Positions 10,749-22,882 of a stretch of DNA of 64,000 nt are shown here, in pieces. The stretch is taken from NCBI GenBank assembly GCA_030157785.1, contig JAOAUC010000046.1:45713-109712 (forward strand), given 5' to 3'. Source of the DNA: Zoogloea oleivorans. GTDB lineage: Bacteria; Pseudomonadota; Gammaproteobacteria; Burkholderiales; Rhodocyclaceae. Every line of letters begins with the position of its first letter. Within the stretch, counting starts at the first letter, position 1. The notes beneath the pieces were generated by a model that was not told the origin of the DNA, did no database searches, and saw nothing but the letters and a program-made list of their open reading frames with translations. A program made the translations under genes and the position numbers.

Positions 10749-12759
10749 GGCTGTGCTCGATACCTGGGGTATCCATGAATTCGCCCCCGGCCTCTACCCG
10801 GAGCGCCTCGACCCGAAACCGGGCAAGGCCGACAACTTCATCGGCGGGCTCCTGGGCCACTGGGCGCGCAGGGGCTCGAGCCTGCGCATCCTGCCGGCCC
10901 GGCGTTTTGCCGAGCGGGTGGTGGCGCTGGAGGCCGGGACGGCCGCCGCCGACGAGGCCGAATTGCAGCGCCGCGTGACAGCCCTGCGGGCAGCCATGGC
11001 CACCACCGGCATGAGCGACGCCAACGCCGTCGAGGCCTTCGCGCTGGTGCGCGAGGTGTGCTTCCGGCGCCTGGCCAAGCGCCACTACCCGGTGCAGTTG
11101 ATGGGCGGCTTCACCATGCTCAATGGCGGCCTGGCCGAGATGATGACCGGCGAGGGCAAGACGCTTACCGCCGTGCTGCCGGCTGTTGCCGTGGCTCTGG
11201 CCGGTGTGCCGGTGCATATCATCACCGTCAATGAATACCTGGCCAAGCGCGATTCGGAGCATCTGGCGGAGGTCTACGGTTTCTTCGGCCTCACGGTCGG
11301 CCTCATCGAGCCGGACCAGGAGCCACCCGAGCGGGTCCGCGCCTACGCCTGCGACGTGACCTACTGCGTGAACAAGGATCTGGTCTTCGATTACCTGCGC
11401 GACCGCATCACCCAGAAGCAGGTCAAGGCCGGTGCCCGGGCGCTGCTCGACGGCTGGCTGGCGGCCGATGGCGGGCAGGCCGGCCCCGGGCGGCCGAAGG
11501 CCCTGCTGCGCGGGCTGTACTACGCGATTGTCGACGAGGCCGACAGCGTGCTCATCGACGAAGCGCGCACGCCGCTGATCATCTCTGCCGAGCACGACGA
11601 CCCCAATGGGCGCGCGCTCTATGAGCAGGCGCTGGCGCTGGCCTCGACCCTCAAGGCCGATGAGCACTACCGCCTGCGCATGAAGGAGCGCAGCATCGAA
11701 CTCACCGATGCCGGGCGTGCCGACGTGGCCGAGTTTGCGCGTGGCCTCGACGGCCTGTGGCAGGTTTCGCGGGCGCGGGAAGAACTGGTCGAGCAGGGCC
11801 TGTCGGCGCTGCACCTGTTCGAACTCGACCGCCACTACATCCTCGCCGAGGACAAGGTGCAGATCGTGGACGAATACACCGGCCGGGTGATGGCCGACCG
11901 TTCGTGGGAGAAGGGCCTGCACCAGATGATCGAGGTGAAGGAGGGGCTGGACCTCACCAAGCGCCGCGACACCATCTCGCGCATCACCTACCAGCGCTAC
12001 TTCCGGCGTTACCTGCGGCTGGCCGGCATGAGCGGCACAGTGACCGAAGTGGCGCCGGAAATGCGCACCGTCTATGGGCTCGACGTGCTGCGCATTCCGC
12101 CCAACCGGCCGGTGCAGCGGCGTGATCTGGGCCTCAAGGTGTTCGCCAGTGGCGAGGCGCGCTGGGACGCGGTGCTGGCCTCGGCACGGGCCATGAGCGA
12201 AGCCGGGCGGGCGGTGCTGATCGGCACGCGCTCGGTGGCTGCGTCGGAAATCATCGGCACGCGGCTCGATGCCGCCGGCCTTGCCCACGAGGTGCTCAAC
12301 GCCCGTCAGGACGCGCGTGAGGCCGAGATCATCGCCGCTGCCGGCGAGCCGGGGCGCATCACGGTGGCCACCAACATGGCCGGGCGTGGCACCGACATTC
12401 TGCTGAGCCCGGAAGTGAAAGCCGCAGGTGGCCTGCATGTGATTCTTACCGAATACCACGACTCGGCGCGCATCGACCGCCAGCTCTACGGCCGCTCGGG
12501 GCGGCAGGGCGACCCGGGCTCTTTCGAGTCGCTGGTGTCGCTGGACGACGAGCTTTTCGTGGCCCACGCCTCGAAGCTGCTCGCCTGGCTGCGTGCCCGC
12601 ACACCGGCAGACGGCGTGCTTTGCGGCCACCGCGGGCGCCTGCTGCCGCAACTCGCCCAGGCTGCAGCCGAACGCCAGAACGCGCGTATCCGCCGGCAGA
12701 CGGTGGACATGGATAACCGCATGGAACAAGCGCTCGCATTTGCCGGGCGGGGGGAATGA
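10741..12759 (+). CDS. Secondary SecA-like (SecA_DEAD) ATPase, shorter than housekeeping SecA
   Basis: MMTGEGKT, TVNEYLAKRD, IVDEADSVLIDEARTPLIIS, ATNMAGRGTDI, RIDRQLYGRSGRQGDPG motifs; ATG at 10741 overlaps the upstream stop. Confidence 0.9.
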   Translation: MSRAVLDTWGIHEFAPGLYPERLDPKPGKADNFIGGLLGHWARRGSSLRILPARRFAERVVALEAGTAAADEAELQRRVTALRAAMATTGMSDANAVEAFALVREVCFRRLAKRHYPVQLMGGFTMLNGGLAEMMTGEGKTLTAVLPAVAVALAGVPVHIITVNEYLAKRDSEHLAEVYGFFGLTVGLIEPDQEPPERVRAYACDVTYCVNKDLVFDYLRDRITQKQVKAGARALLDGWLAADGGQAGPGRPKALLRGLYYAIVDEADSVLIDEARTPLIISAEHDDPNGRALYEQALALASTLKADEHYRLRMKERSIELTDAGRADVAEFARGLDGLWQVSRAREELVEQGLSALHLFELDRHYILAEDKVQIVDEYTGRVMADRSWEKGLHQMIEVKEGLDLTKRRDTISRITYQRYFRRYLRLAGMSGTVTEVAPEMRTVYGLDVLRIPPNRPVQRRDLGLKVFASGEARWDAVLASARAMSEAGRAVLIGTRSVAASEIIGTRLDAAGLAHEVLNARQDAREAEIIAAAGEPGRITVATNMAGRGTDILLSPEVKAAGGLHVILTEYHDSARIDRQLYGRSGRQGDPGSFESLVSLDDELFVAHASKLLAWLRARTPADGVLCGHRGRLLPQLAQAAAERQNARIRRQTVDMDNRMEQALAFAGRGE

Positions 12760-13634
12760 CAATGAAACGCCGACAACTTCACATCCTGCTGCTTACCCTG
12801 CTGCCGTCCTTGCCGGCCCTGGCCGGCGATTTTGACTGCATGATCGAGCCGCGCAAGAGCGTCGAAGTGCGCGCCGCCAGCGAAGGCATGATCGAGAAGA
12901 TCTGGGTGGACCGGGGCGACATGGTCAAGGCCGGGCAGGTGCTGGTGACGCTGGACTCCGGCGTCGAGAAGGCCGCCACCGAATCGGCCCGCTACCGCGC
13001 CACCATGCAGGGAAAAATCCGCACCGGCGAGAGCCGCGTCGAGTTCGCCACCCAGAAATACGTGCGCCGCGACAAGCTGGCTGGCCAGTCCTTCGTCTCG
13101 CAGCAGGACCGAGACGAGTCCCTCACCGAAAAGCGCCTCGCCGAATCGGAGCTGGTCGAAGCCCACGACGACCGCAAGCTGTCGGAGCTGGAATACCGGC
13201 GCCTGTCGGAACAACTGCGTCTGCGCACCATCAAGAGCCCGGTGGATGGCGTGGTGGTGGACCGCATGCTGCATGCCGGTGAACTCGCCGACAACCGCGA
13301 TCTGCGCAAGCCCATCCTCAAGCTGGCCGATATCGGCACCCTGCACGTGGAGGCCCTGCTGCCCATCGAGGCTTACAGCAAGCTCAGCGTGGGCCAGAGC
13401 CTCGATGTGCTGCCGGAGGTGCCGGTGGGAGGCAGCTACAAGGCGACCGTGCGGGTCATCGATCGGGTCATGGACCCGGCCAGCGGCACCTTCGGCGTGC
13501 GCCTGGAACTGCCGAACCCGGGCCTCAAGTTGCCCGCTGGCATCCGCTGCAAGCTGAGTCTGCCGGGCGTGGCCGGGCGCAGCGTGCTGGCGCCGGCGGC
13601 GATGAAGCGGGTTGTTCCGGCGGCCACGCGCTGA
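12756..13634 (+). CDS. Efflux RND-type periplasmic adaptor subunit
   Basis: Signal peptide; VDRGDMVKAGQVL, IKSPVDGVV, DPASGTFGVRLELPN motifs. Confidence 0.85.
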   Translation: MTMKRRQLHILLLTLLPSLPALAGDFDCMIEPRKSVEVRAASEGMIEKIWVDRGDMVKAGQVLVTLDSGVEKAATESARYRATMQGKIRTGESRVEFATQKYVRRDKLAGQSFVSQQDRDESLTEKRLAESELVEAHDDRKLSELEYRRLSEQLRLRTIKSPVDGVVVDRMLHAGELADNRDLRKPILKLADIGTLHVEALLPIEAYSKLSVGQSLDVLPEVPVGGSYKATVRVIDRVMDPASGTFGVRLELPNPGLKLPAGIRCKLSLPGVAGRSVLAPAAMKRVVPAATR

Positions 13635-13653
13635 ACAGGCGAGGCGGAAAGCG

Positions 13654-15237
13654 TCAGGGCGTGGTCTGGCCGGTGAGCTCACGGGCCAGCAGCGGCAGGC
13701 TCACCCTGAAGGTCGAGCCATGCCCCGGCGTGCTGCTCACGTCGATGCGTCCGCCATGCTTGCTGACAATGTCGTAGGAAATCGACAGGCCCAGGCCGGT
13801 GCCCTTGCCGACCGGTTTGGTGGTGTAGAAAGGGTCGAAGATATGCTTAAGCACCTCGGGCGGCATGCCGTGGCCGTTGTCGGCCACCTCGATCCAGGCC
13901 CACCGGGCATCGTGGCCGCTGCGCACGGTGATGGTGCCGCGCTCGTCGATGGCGTGGGCGGCGTTGATCAGCAGGTTCATCACAACCTGGTTGATCTGGG
14001 CCGGCAGGCAGGGCACCCGGGGTAGTTCCGCGTCGTACTCGCGCAGCACCTCCGCCTTGTACTTGAGCTCGTTCCAGACCACGTTGAGGGTGCATTCGAT
14101 GCCCGCGTTGAGGTCGGCCTCCTGCCACTCGGCCTGGTCGAGCCGCGAGAAATCCTTCAGGTCGGCGACAATCTTGCGCACCCGCTCCAGCCCGTCGCGG
14201 GATTCGCGGATCAGGTCGGCGCTGTCGGCCTTGAGGTAATCGAATTCGGCGGCAACAAAGTCGGCCTCGGTGGCCGTGCCGGCCCGGCACGATTCCAGCA
14301 GCGCGATCAACTCCTCGGTGTAGGTCTTGAGCGTGCCCAGGTTGGAATTGACGAAGCCGACCGGATTGTTGATCTCGTGGGCCACGCCGGCGGCGAGCAC
14401 GCCGATGGAGGCCATCTTCTCGGACTGCAGCAACTGGCCGTGGGCCTCCTCGAGTTCGCCCATCTTGCCGGCCAGCTCGAACCAGCGGCGGCGCAGCAGT
14501 TCGAGCAGCCCCCAGCTGACGGCAAGAAGGAGCAGTAGTGCCCCGCCGTGGGCCAGCGTGGTTTGCCGGATGCCGTTGCGGGTGGAGGCTTCAACGGGCG
14601 CGTAGCTTTGTGAAACGCTCAGGCCGCCGCGAATGTCGCCCGTCTTGTAGCCCTGCTTGGCGTGGCAGGCCAGACAGCTCTCCTGCACCACCAGCGGCGC
14701 CATGTAGCGCAGGATCGGCCCGTACGGGCCTTGCTCGGTTCCCGTTGTCTCGGTTTCTCCCCGCTCGAAGGCTTCAAGGGCGCGGCGCTCCCAGTCGTCG
14801 GCCAAGTTGGCCGGCCGGATCGGCCGCAGGCTGGTGAGGCGGAATACCACCCCGCCGTCCGAGGCGGCCATGCCGGCGATAAGCCGCGTCATGTAGGCCG
14901 GGTTGACCATCGTCATCGCCACCCCGTCGGTGGTCGTCACGTCGCGTCGGGGGTGTTCAAGGTAGGGGTTGGGCTGCGTGGCCGGGGTGACGGGAACGTA
15001 CACCCCGCCATGGCTGGCGTTCCAGTTGCGGGTCAGCATCACCATGCGGAACATGTTGCGGGCGCCCTCGATGGCCACCTGGGTGGACTGCTCGCGGATC
15101 TTGTCGATTTGCAGTTCGAGGGACAGTGCTACCACGCAGCCCCATAGGGCAAGGGGCAACAGCCACCAGCGGCGCTCGCGAATGATCTGCGGAACAGCGC
15201 GTGAGTTAGCGGTGTTTTTCGGAGGGCTGTTGGTCAT
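13654..15237 (-). CDS. Sensor histidine kinase with periplasmic c-type heme (DUF3365-like) domain
   Basis: CLACH heme motif between two TMs; AHEINNP H-box, DNGHG, FDPFYTTK, GTGLGL. Confidence 0.9.
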   Translation of the reverse strand: MTNSPPKNTANSRAVPQIIRERRWWLLPLALWGCVVALSLELQIDKIREQSTQVAIEGARNMFRMVMLTRNWNASHGGVYVPVTPATQPNPYLEHPRRDVTTTDGVAMTMVNPAYMTRLIAGMAASDGGVVFRLTSLRPIRPANLADDWERRALEAFERGETETTGTEQGPYGPILRYMAPLVVQESCLACHAKQGYKTGDIRGGLSVSQSYAPVEASTRNGIRQTTLAHGGALLLLLAVSWGLLELLRRRWFELAGKMGELEEAHGQLLQSEKMASIGVLAAGVAHEINNPVGFVNSNLGTLKTYTEELIALLESCRAGTATEADFVAAEFDYLKADSADLIRESRDGLERVRKIVADLKDFSRLDQAEWQEADLNAGIECTLNVVWNELKYKAEVLREYDAELPRVPCLPAQINQVVMNLLINAAHAIDERGTITVRSGHDARWAWIEVADNGHGMPPEVLKHIFDPFYTTKPVGKGTGLGLSISYDIVSKHGGRIDVSSTPGHGSTFRVSLPLLARELTGQTTP

Positions 15238-15327
15238 GGCGGGGAGCGCTGGGTGGCGACCCGTCGTCGCCGGAGCCTAACTTAACGGCTGCGCGTCTCG
15301 ATGTCCTGAATCCGGATCAAGACTGAC

Positions 15328-15741
15328 CTAGTGCAGGTCATCCTTGTCCGGCGGCACCGGCAAGACCGGAATGCCCTCTTCGATCAGCTCGATCATGTCG
15401 TCGTGATTGGCCTTGCCGCGGATGGGCCGCTCCTCGGCCTTGCCGTAGTGGATGCGGCGGGCCTCGTCGGCAAAGCGTTCGCCCACGTCCTCGGACTTGC
15501 TTGCAGCAGCCCGCAAGGCCTCGACCAGACGAGCGGCTATGGCTTGGGGGTCAGGCTTGGCCGGGGCGCTGTGGGACGAGGTCTGCACGTAGGGTGCGGA
15601 GGGCAGGCGATTAATCTGGCCGGAGCCGCAGTGGGGGCAGCTCACCAGCCCGGCCTTCAGCTGGGCATCGAAGGTGTCGTTCGATGCGAACCAGGCTTCA
15701 AAGCGGTGCTCCTGGTCGCAGCTCAGATCGAGGACGATCAT
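15328..15741 (-). CDS. DUF1178-family protein
   Basis: MIVLDLSC..H.FEAWF..CPHCGS, EDVGERFADEARRIHYG signature. Confidence 0.85.
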   Translation of the reverse strand: MIVLDLSCDQEHRFEAWFASNDTFDAQLKAGLVSCPHCGSGQINRLPSAPYVQTSSHSAPAKPDPQAIAARLVEALRAAASKSEDVGERFADEARRIHYGKAEERPIRGKANHDDMIELIEEGIPVLPVPPDKDDLH

Positions 15742-15760
15742 CGCTGCAACAAAAACAAGG

Positions 15761-15845
15761 TGGTGCCCGGAACGGGACTTGAACCCGTAAACCTTGCGGC
15801 GGCGGATTTTAAGTCCGCTGTGTTTACCGATTTCACCATCCGGGC
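15761..15845 (-). tRNA. tRNA-Leu(TAA)
   Basis: Reverse complement GCCCGGATGGTGAAATCGGTAAACACAGCGGACTTAAAATCCGC...GGTTCAAGTCCC...GGGCACCA, with a long variable arm. Confidence 0.95.
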
Positions 15846-15855
15846 CCGTTGAGGC

Positions 15856-16116
15856 TTACTTGGGCTGCTGGTCCGGCAGCGTGATGTTCACCTCGAGGAT
15901 CTCGCAGTTGCCCTGCTTTTCGAGCTGGACCTTGATGTCGTCGGGGCCGACATTCACGTACTTGGAGATCACCGCGATCAGTTCACGCTGCAGGTCGGGC
16001 AGGAAGTCCGGCGCGCGGTTGGTGCCGCGTTCGTGGGCGATGATGAGCGACAGGCGCTCCTTGGCGACCGACGCGGTTTTCGGCTTGTTGCCGAAAAAGT
16101 AGGAAAGCAGGGACAT
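15856..16116 (-). CDS. minE: Cell division topological specificity factor MinE
   Basis: [17 protein letters not shown]; LEVNITLP; follows minD. Confidence 0.95.
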   Translation of the reverse strand: MSLLSYFFGNKPKTASVAKERLSLIIAHERGTNRAPDFLPDLQRELIAVISKYVNVGPDDIKVQLEKQGNCEILEVNITLPDQQPK

Positions 16117-16117
16117 C

Positions 16118-16933
16118 TTACTTGCCTCCAAAGAGCCGCTTCAGGATGCCGGGCTTTTCGTAAGTGACAAAGCGCAAGGGGCGGTCTTCGTCGAGGAAGC
16201 GCGCGATCACGTCCTGGTAGGCAGTGGCCACGTCGCTGTCCTTGAGGTGGATCGCCGGGGTGCCCTGGTTGGAGGCCTGCAGCACGTCGTCGGATTCGGG
16301 GATGACGCCGATCAGCGGAATGCGCAGGAGTTCCTGCACGTCCTTGTAGGACAGCATTTCGCCGTCTTCGACGCGCTTGGGCGAGTAGCGGGTGACCAGC
16401 AGGTGTTCCTTGACCGGTTCGCGGCCTTCGATGGCGCGGCGGCTCTTGCTTTGCAGGATGCCGAGGATGCGGTCGGAGTCACGCACCGAGGAGACTTCGG
16501 GGTTGGACACGACGATGGCTTCGTCGGCGAAGGTCAGGGCCATCACGGCGCCGCGCTCGATGCCGGCGGGGGAATCGCACAGGATGTAGTCGAAGCCCAG
16601 GTGTTCGAGATCCTTCAGCACCTTTTCGACGCCTTCTTCGGTCAGCGCATCCTTGTCGCGGGTTTGCGAGGCGGGAAGGATGAAGAGGTTGTCGCAGTGC
16701 TTGTCCTTGATCAGGGCCTGATTGAGGTTGGCCTCGCCATTCACGACGTTGATGAGGTCGTAGACCACGCGGCGCTCGCAGCCCATGATGAGGTCGAGGT
16801 TGCGCAGGCCCACGTCGAAGTCGATGACTGCGGTCTTGAAGCCGCGCAGGGCGAGGCCAGTGGAGATGCTCGCACTGGTGGTGGTCTTGCCGACGCCGCC
16901 CTTGCCGGACGTTACTACGATGACGCGTGCCAC
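16118..16933 (-). CDS. minD: Septum site-determining ATPase MinD
   Basis: [21 protein letters not shown]-terminal amphipathic helix LKRLFGG. Confidence 0.97.
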   Translation of the reverse strand: MARVIVVTSGKGGVGKTTTSASISTGLALRGFKTAVIDFDVGLRNLDLIMGCERRVVYDLINVVNGEANLNQALIKDKHCDNLFILPASQTRDKDALTEEGVEKVLKDLEHLGFDYILCDSPAGIERGAVMALTFADEAIVVSNPEVSSVRDSDRILGILQSKSRRAIEGREPVKEHLLVTRYSPKRVEDGEMLSYKDVQELLRIPLIGVIPESDDVLQASNQGTPAIHLKDSDVATAYQDVIARFLDEDRPLRFVTYEKPGILKRLFGGK

Positions 16934-16960
16934 GATGTTCCCTTCGGTATTGATGCCGCT

Positions 16961-17761
16961 TCAGTCGTTCTGAAGCGGGGTGATTTCGAGAGTATGCAGG
17001 TTGTCCGAGCCGGTCAGCTTTACCTGGGCGCCACGCCCGGCAACAGCTTGCGGAATGCCGCGTTCGAAGGTGCGATACACACCCGCGATGGAGACCAGCT
17101 CTGGTCCGAAATTGGTGCTGAAAATACGGGCGCTGGTGTCGCCCCGGGCGCCGGCGAGGGCGCGGCCGCGCAGTGGGCCGTAGCAGTGGATGCTGCCGTC
17201 GGCGATGACTTCCGAGCCGGGGCTCATGCCGGCCAGCAGGACCAGATCGCCGCCCTTGGCGTACACCTGCTGGCCGGAGCGCAGCGGGCGATCGACGACC
17301 AGGGTGGGGGCAACGACGTTGGCTGCAGCAGCAGGGGCCGGTGCGGCGGCGGGCGCTGCTTCGGCGACGGGGGCTGGCGCGGGAGCAGGTGCCGAGGCCG
17401 GTTGCGGAGCAATCACCCGGTGTCCGGCGGTGAGGCCTTCGGCGCCAAGCAGGGCCAGGCCGGCGCGGCGGGCGCCGTCGTGCAGGCTTTCGTGCAGGTT
17501 GCGCACGCCGATGGGCTGTACTTGGTAGCGGCGCAGCAGGCTGAGAATGGCCGTCCAGTCCACCCGGTCGGGGACGCTGGTCAGTTGCGCAAAGTCGAGC
17601 ACTGCCGGCTCGCCGGCAAAGAAGTCCGGCATGCCGCCAAGCATCATGTGCAGGGCGTCGGCAAGGCGCGTCGCCTCCGTTTCACGGATGTGGGCGGTCA
17701 TTACCGCCAGGCTGGCGCCTTTGAACTCGATCAGTTTGCCCTGCAGGGAAGCTTCGGCCAT
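16961..17761 (-). CDS. minC: Septum site-determining protein MinC
   Basis: PLRSGQQVYA..GSEVIADGSIHCYGPLRGRALAG. Confidence 0.95.
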   Translation of the reverse strand: MAEASLQGKLIEFKGASLAVMTAHIRETEATRLADALHMMLGGMPDFFAGEPAVLDFAQLTSVPDRVDWTAILSLLRRYQVQPIGVRNLHESLHDGARRAGLALLGAEGLTAGHRVIAPQPASAPAPAPAPVAEAAPAAAPAPAAAANVVAPTLVVDRPLRSGQQVYAKGGDLVLLAGMSPGSEVIADGSIHCYGPLRGRALAGARGDTSARIFSTNFGPELVSIAGVYRTFERGIPQAVAGRGAQVKLTGSDNLHTLEITPLQND

Positions 17762-17852
17762 ATGGAATGCGGTGCGTAAGTACGGACTAAAACCGGTTAA
17801 GTCTACTTTTCAGCAGGGTTTCGGGCAAGTGTGCCGGCAAAAAGCCTGAAGA

Positions 17853-18713
17853 TCAGTGCAGGGTGGGGGGCTTGGCGAACAGGGCGGCGACATCCTCGGC
17901 CGTGAAGCGGTATTCGTGGTTCGACAGGTCGTCGTGGATGAGGATCACGTCGTGCTCGGCGATCATCGCGTCGAGCTCGTCGCGGCCGAGGGAGCGCAGC
18001 ATGTCACGTACCTTTTCCTGATCCTTGGGCCAGTGGTGGGTGACCTCACGGGCATCAAGGAGGCGCACGGTTTCCTGGTGGAACAAACGCGTCAGGATGT
18101 CTTCGGGCGGCAGTTCGAGGAGCTCGTCGTCACGCACGGTGGAGGCCAGGTGGGTGACCCGCTCCCAGCCGTCGGCATCGCGCTTGTCGGCGTCGGGCAG
18201 CTTTTGCAGGAACAGGCAGGCGGCGGCCTTGGCCGAGCTGGCGGTGTGCAGGACAGCCGGTTGCTGTTCGGACTGGGTCAGGTAGTGCTCGAAGACGGAG
18301 GCGACGCTGTCGCCTTCGAGGGGCACGTAGCTCTGGTAGGGGTGGCGCAGGCCGGGCATGTCGAGGGTCAGCAAGAGCTGGCCGTCGCCGATCAGGTCGA
18401 TGACGCCGCTCTTGCCGGCCGCTTCGTCGCTGGCCTTGGCGTAGCCGCGCAGGTTGAGGGCTTCGGTGACATCCACCACCAGCAGGCTGACCGGGCCGTG
18501 GCCCTGCAGCTGGATGGTCAGGCGGCCGGACTGCTTGAGGTTGCCGCCGATTACGCTGGCCACGGCGCTCATGGCGCCGAGCAGGTCGCGCACTTCGGGC
18601 GGGTAGTCGCGGTTTTCGAGGAGGGCCTGCCAGACATCATCAAGTTTGACGAGGACGCCGCGGATGTCGAGGTCTTCCAGCAGAAAACGCTGGACGTAGC
18701 TGGTGGTGCTCAT
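17853..18713 (-). CDS. hslO: Hsp33-family chaperone (C-terminal Cys motif not evident)
   Basis: [34 protein letters not shown] motifs. Confidence 0.85.
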   Translation of the reverse strand: MSTTSYVQRFLLEDLDIRGVLVKLDDVWQALLENRDYPPEVRDLLGAMSAVASVIGGNLKQSGRLTIQLQGHGPVSLLVVDVTEALNLRGYAKASDEAAGKSGVIDLIGDGQLLLTLDMPGLRHPYQSYVPLEGDSVASVFEHYLTQSEQQPAVLHTASSAKAAACLFLQKLPDADKRDADGWERVTHLASTVRDDELLELPPEDILTRLFHQETVRLLDAREVTHHWPKDQEKVRDMLRSLGRDELDAMIAEHDVILIHDDLSNHEYRFTAEDVAALFAKPPTLH

Positions 18714-19075
18714 TCGGACTTTCCGGCGGAAAACGGGACGCTGGCGTAGAGGGTGGGGTCGAAGCCGACCAGCAACTGGCCGCTGTCGGTTTCAACCACC
18801 GGGCGGCGGATCAGGCTGGGAAACTCCACCATCAAATAGACGGCGGCGCTCTGGGTGCTGAACTCCTGGCGCTCGGGGGGCAGCTTGCGCCAGGTGGTGC
18901 CGCGGGTGTTGAGAAGGGTCTTCCAGCCGACCACCTTGCTCCATTCGTGGAGCTTGCCGGAGTCGATGCCGAGCTTTTTATAGTCGTGGAAGGTGTAGGC
19001 GATGCCTTGCTCGTCGAGCCAGGCGAAAGCCTTTTTCATGCTGTCGCAGTTCTTGATGCCGTAGATCGTGGTCAT
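18710..19075 (-). CDS. ArsC/Spx (YffB-like) family protein
   Basis: [33 protein letters not shown]. Confidence 0.9.
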   Translation of the reverse strand: MTTIYGIKNCDSMKKAFAWLDEQGIAYTFHDYKKLGIDSGKLHEWSKVVGWKTLLNTRGTTWRKLPPERQEFSTQSAAVYLMVEFPSLIRRPVVETDSGQLLVGFDPTLYASVPFSAGKSE

Positions 19076-19164
19076 GGGGCCAAAAGCAGTGCGACGCCGG
19101 GGAGGCGTCGCTGGAAAATCAATGAGATGGAGCGGATTCTAGCCGCCTGCGGGTTTGCTTGCGC

Positions 19165-21492
<2,328 letters not shown>

Positions 21493-21672
21493 GGACGGGC
21501 TGGCGCGCAAAAAGGCTCATGGTGCAGAAACGTTGCTCTCCCTGCAAGCCCGTTGCCCGACCGCTTTCCGGTAAAATCAACGAATTGTCCGTGTCGCGAG
21601 CTCTTCCCTTACGCGCACATCCAGCCGGACCGCCCTTGGCGGCGAGTCCGGCCCAGCAGGAGATAACATCGC

Positions 21673-22872
21673 ATGAATCCCGTTTTCGCCACGCTGGCGG
21701 CGGTGGCCTTTGGCTTGATGATGGTTGGAGGCGATGCCTCTGCCGCTCATCACAAGCCGGCCCACCATGAGCCAGCCCGCAAGGCCGCACCGCCCTCCAG
21801 GCCGGTTGCCAAGTCAGCCTCCAGATCTGTCGCCAAGGCGGCTCCCAAAGCCACGGTCGCCCGGGGCAAGGCAGCCAAGCCTGTTGCCCCCATGAAAGCG
21901 CAGCCCAAGGCGAAGGTGCTTTCCGCAAGGGCAGAGGCTCGCGTCGGCAAGACGCACGGCCCAGCCCGGGCCGAGAAAGGCCGTTCCGGCAAGGCTGTAC
22001 CGGTCGCCAAGGAGGTTCCCGGCAAAGGACGCGCTTCAAAACACCATCGGGGCCGCGCGGAAGAAGTTCAGCCTGAACGGCCAGGCAAAAAGGGGCGGCA
22101 CCAGGTTGAGGCGGTGGCGCCTCCCGTTCGCGAGACGCCCCGCCAGGTGCAAAAACCGGTTGGTCGCGAAGCCTTTGTGCCCATCGGCCGGGAGGCCTTT
22201 GTGCCGAGTTCGCCACCGGTGCGGCAAGCCGCTGCGCGTCAGGCGCTGGTGATTCCGCCGCCGGTCCAGGCTCCGTCGGTTCAGCCTCGTCCGGTTGTTC
22301 CGGCGCCCGCTGCGGCTGTCCCGACCCCGCCAGCGCCCGTTGCGCTGCGGCCGACGACGGAACTGCCCAAGGTGACACCCCGTGTGCTGGTCCCGCTTGC
22401 CGCCTCGACTGCCGGATTGTCGGGCGCCGAGGCCGCTGCGGCTTCTGCTGCGGCGCTTTCAGCGACGCGTACGCCGGAAGCGGTGCATGTGGCGCCTCCG
22501 GCTCCCGCCCCGAGCGCGCCGCCAGTGGTGGCAGCTTCCTCGCCGTCAGCGCCTGCGATTGCCAGCCCCGTCCAGCCTGCGCCTGCCGTTCAACAGCCGC
22601 AGTCGGCACGTCCGGGGCGCGGTCTGGCCCGGGCCTATGCGATGGATGGCGCGACCTTCTACCAGAGTGGTCGCAAGATCCGGGTGCAGGGCCTGGACGT
22701 GAAGGAGCCGGGGATGACTTCGGAGCATGCTACCCAGCGCCTGCAACGGGCGCTGGATTCAGGGAACCTGACGGTGGATCCGGTCGAGGTCGATGGTTCC
22801 GGTCACACCCTGGCGGTGGTGCGGGTGAATGGTCGCAATGTGGCCGACACCGTGCGGGCGGCGGCCAACTAA
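21673..22872 (+). CDS. Exported Lys/Pro/Ala-rich protein with C-terminal thermonuclease(SNase)-like domain
   Basis: Signal peptide, long low-complexity linker, AMDGATF...KIRVQGLD resembling the SNase DGDT..RLxGID motif. Confidence 0.6.
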   Translation: MNPVFATLAAVAFGLMMVGGDASAAHHKPAHHEPARKAAPPSRPVAKSASRSVAKAAPKATVARGKAAKPVAPMKAQPKAKVLSARAEARVGKTHGPARAEKGRSGKAVPVAKEVPGKGRASKHHRGRAEEVQPERPGKKGRHQVEAVAPPVRETPRQVQKPVGREAFVPIGREAFVPSSPPVRQAAARQALVIPPPVQAPSVQPRPVVPAPAAAVPTPPAPVALRPTTELPKVTPRVLVPLAASTAGLSGAEAAAASAAALSATRTPEAVHVAPPAPAPSAPPVVAASSPSAPAIASPVQPAPAVQQPQSARPGRGLARAYAMDGATFYQSGRKIRVQGLDVKEPGMTSEHATQRLQRALDSGNLTVDPVEVDGSGHTLAVVRVNGRNVADTVRAAAN

Positions 22873-22882
22873 GCTCGCAGGC

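Noticed and set aside
4079-12762. Very long minus-strand ORFs (4079-6973, 6789-10742, 10258-12762)
   Set aside because: Antisense shadows of GC-rich genes with clear motifs on the plus strand; no recognisable domains
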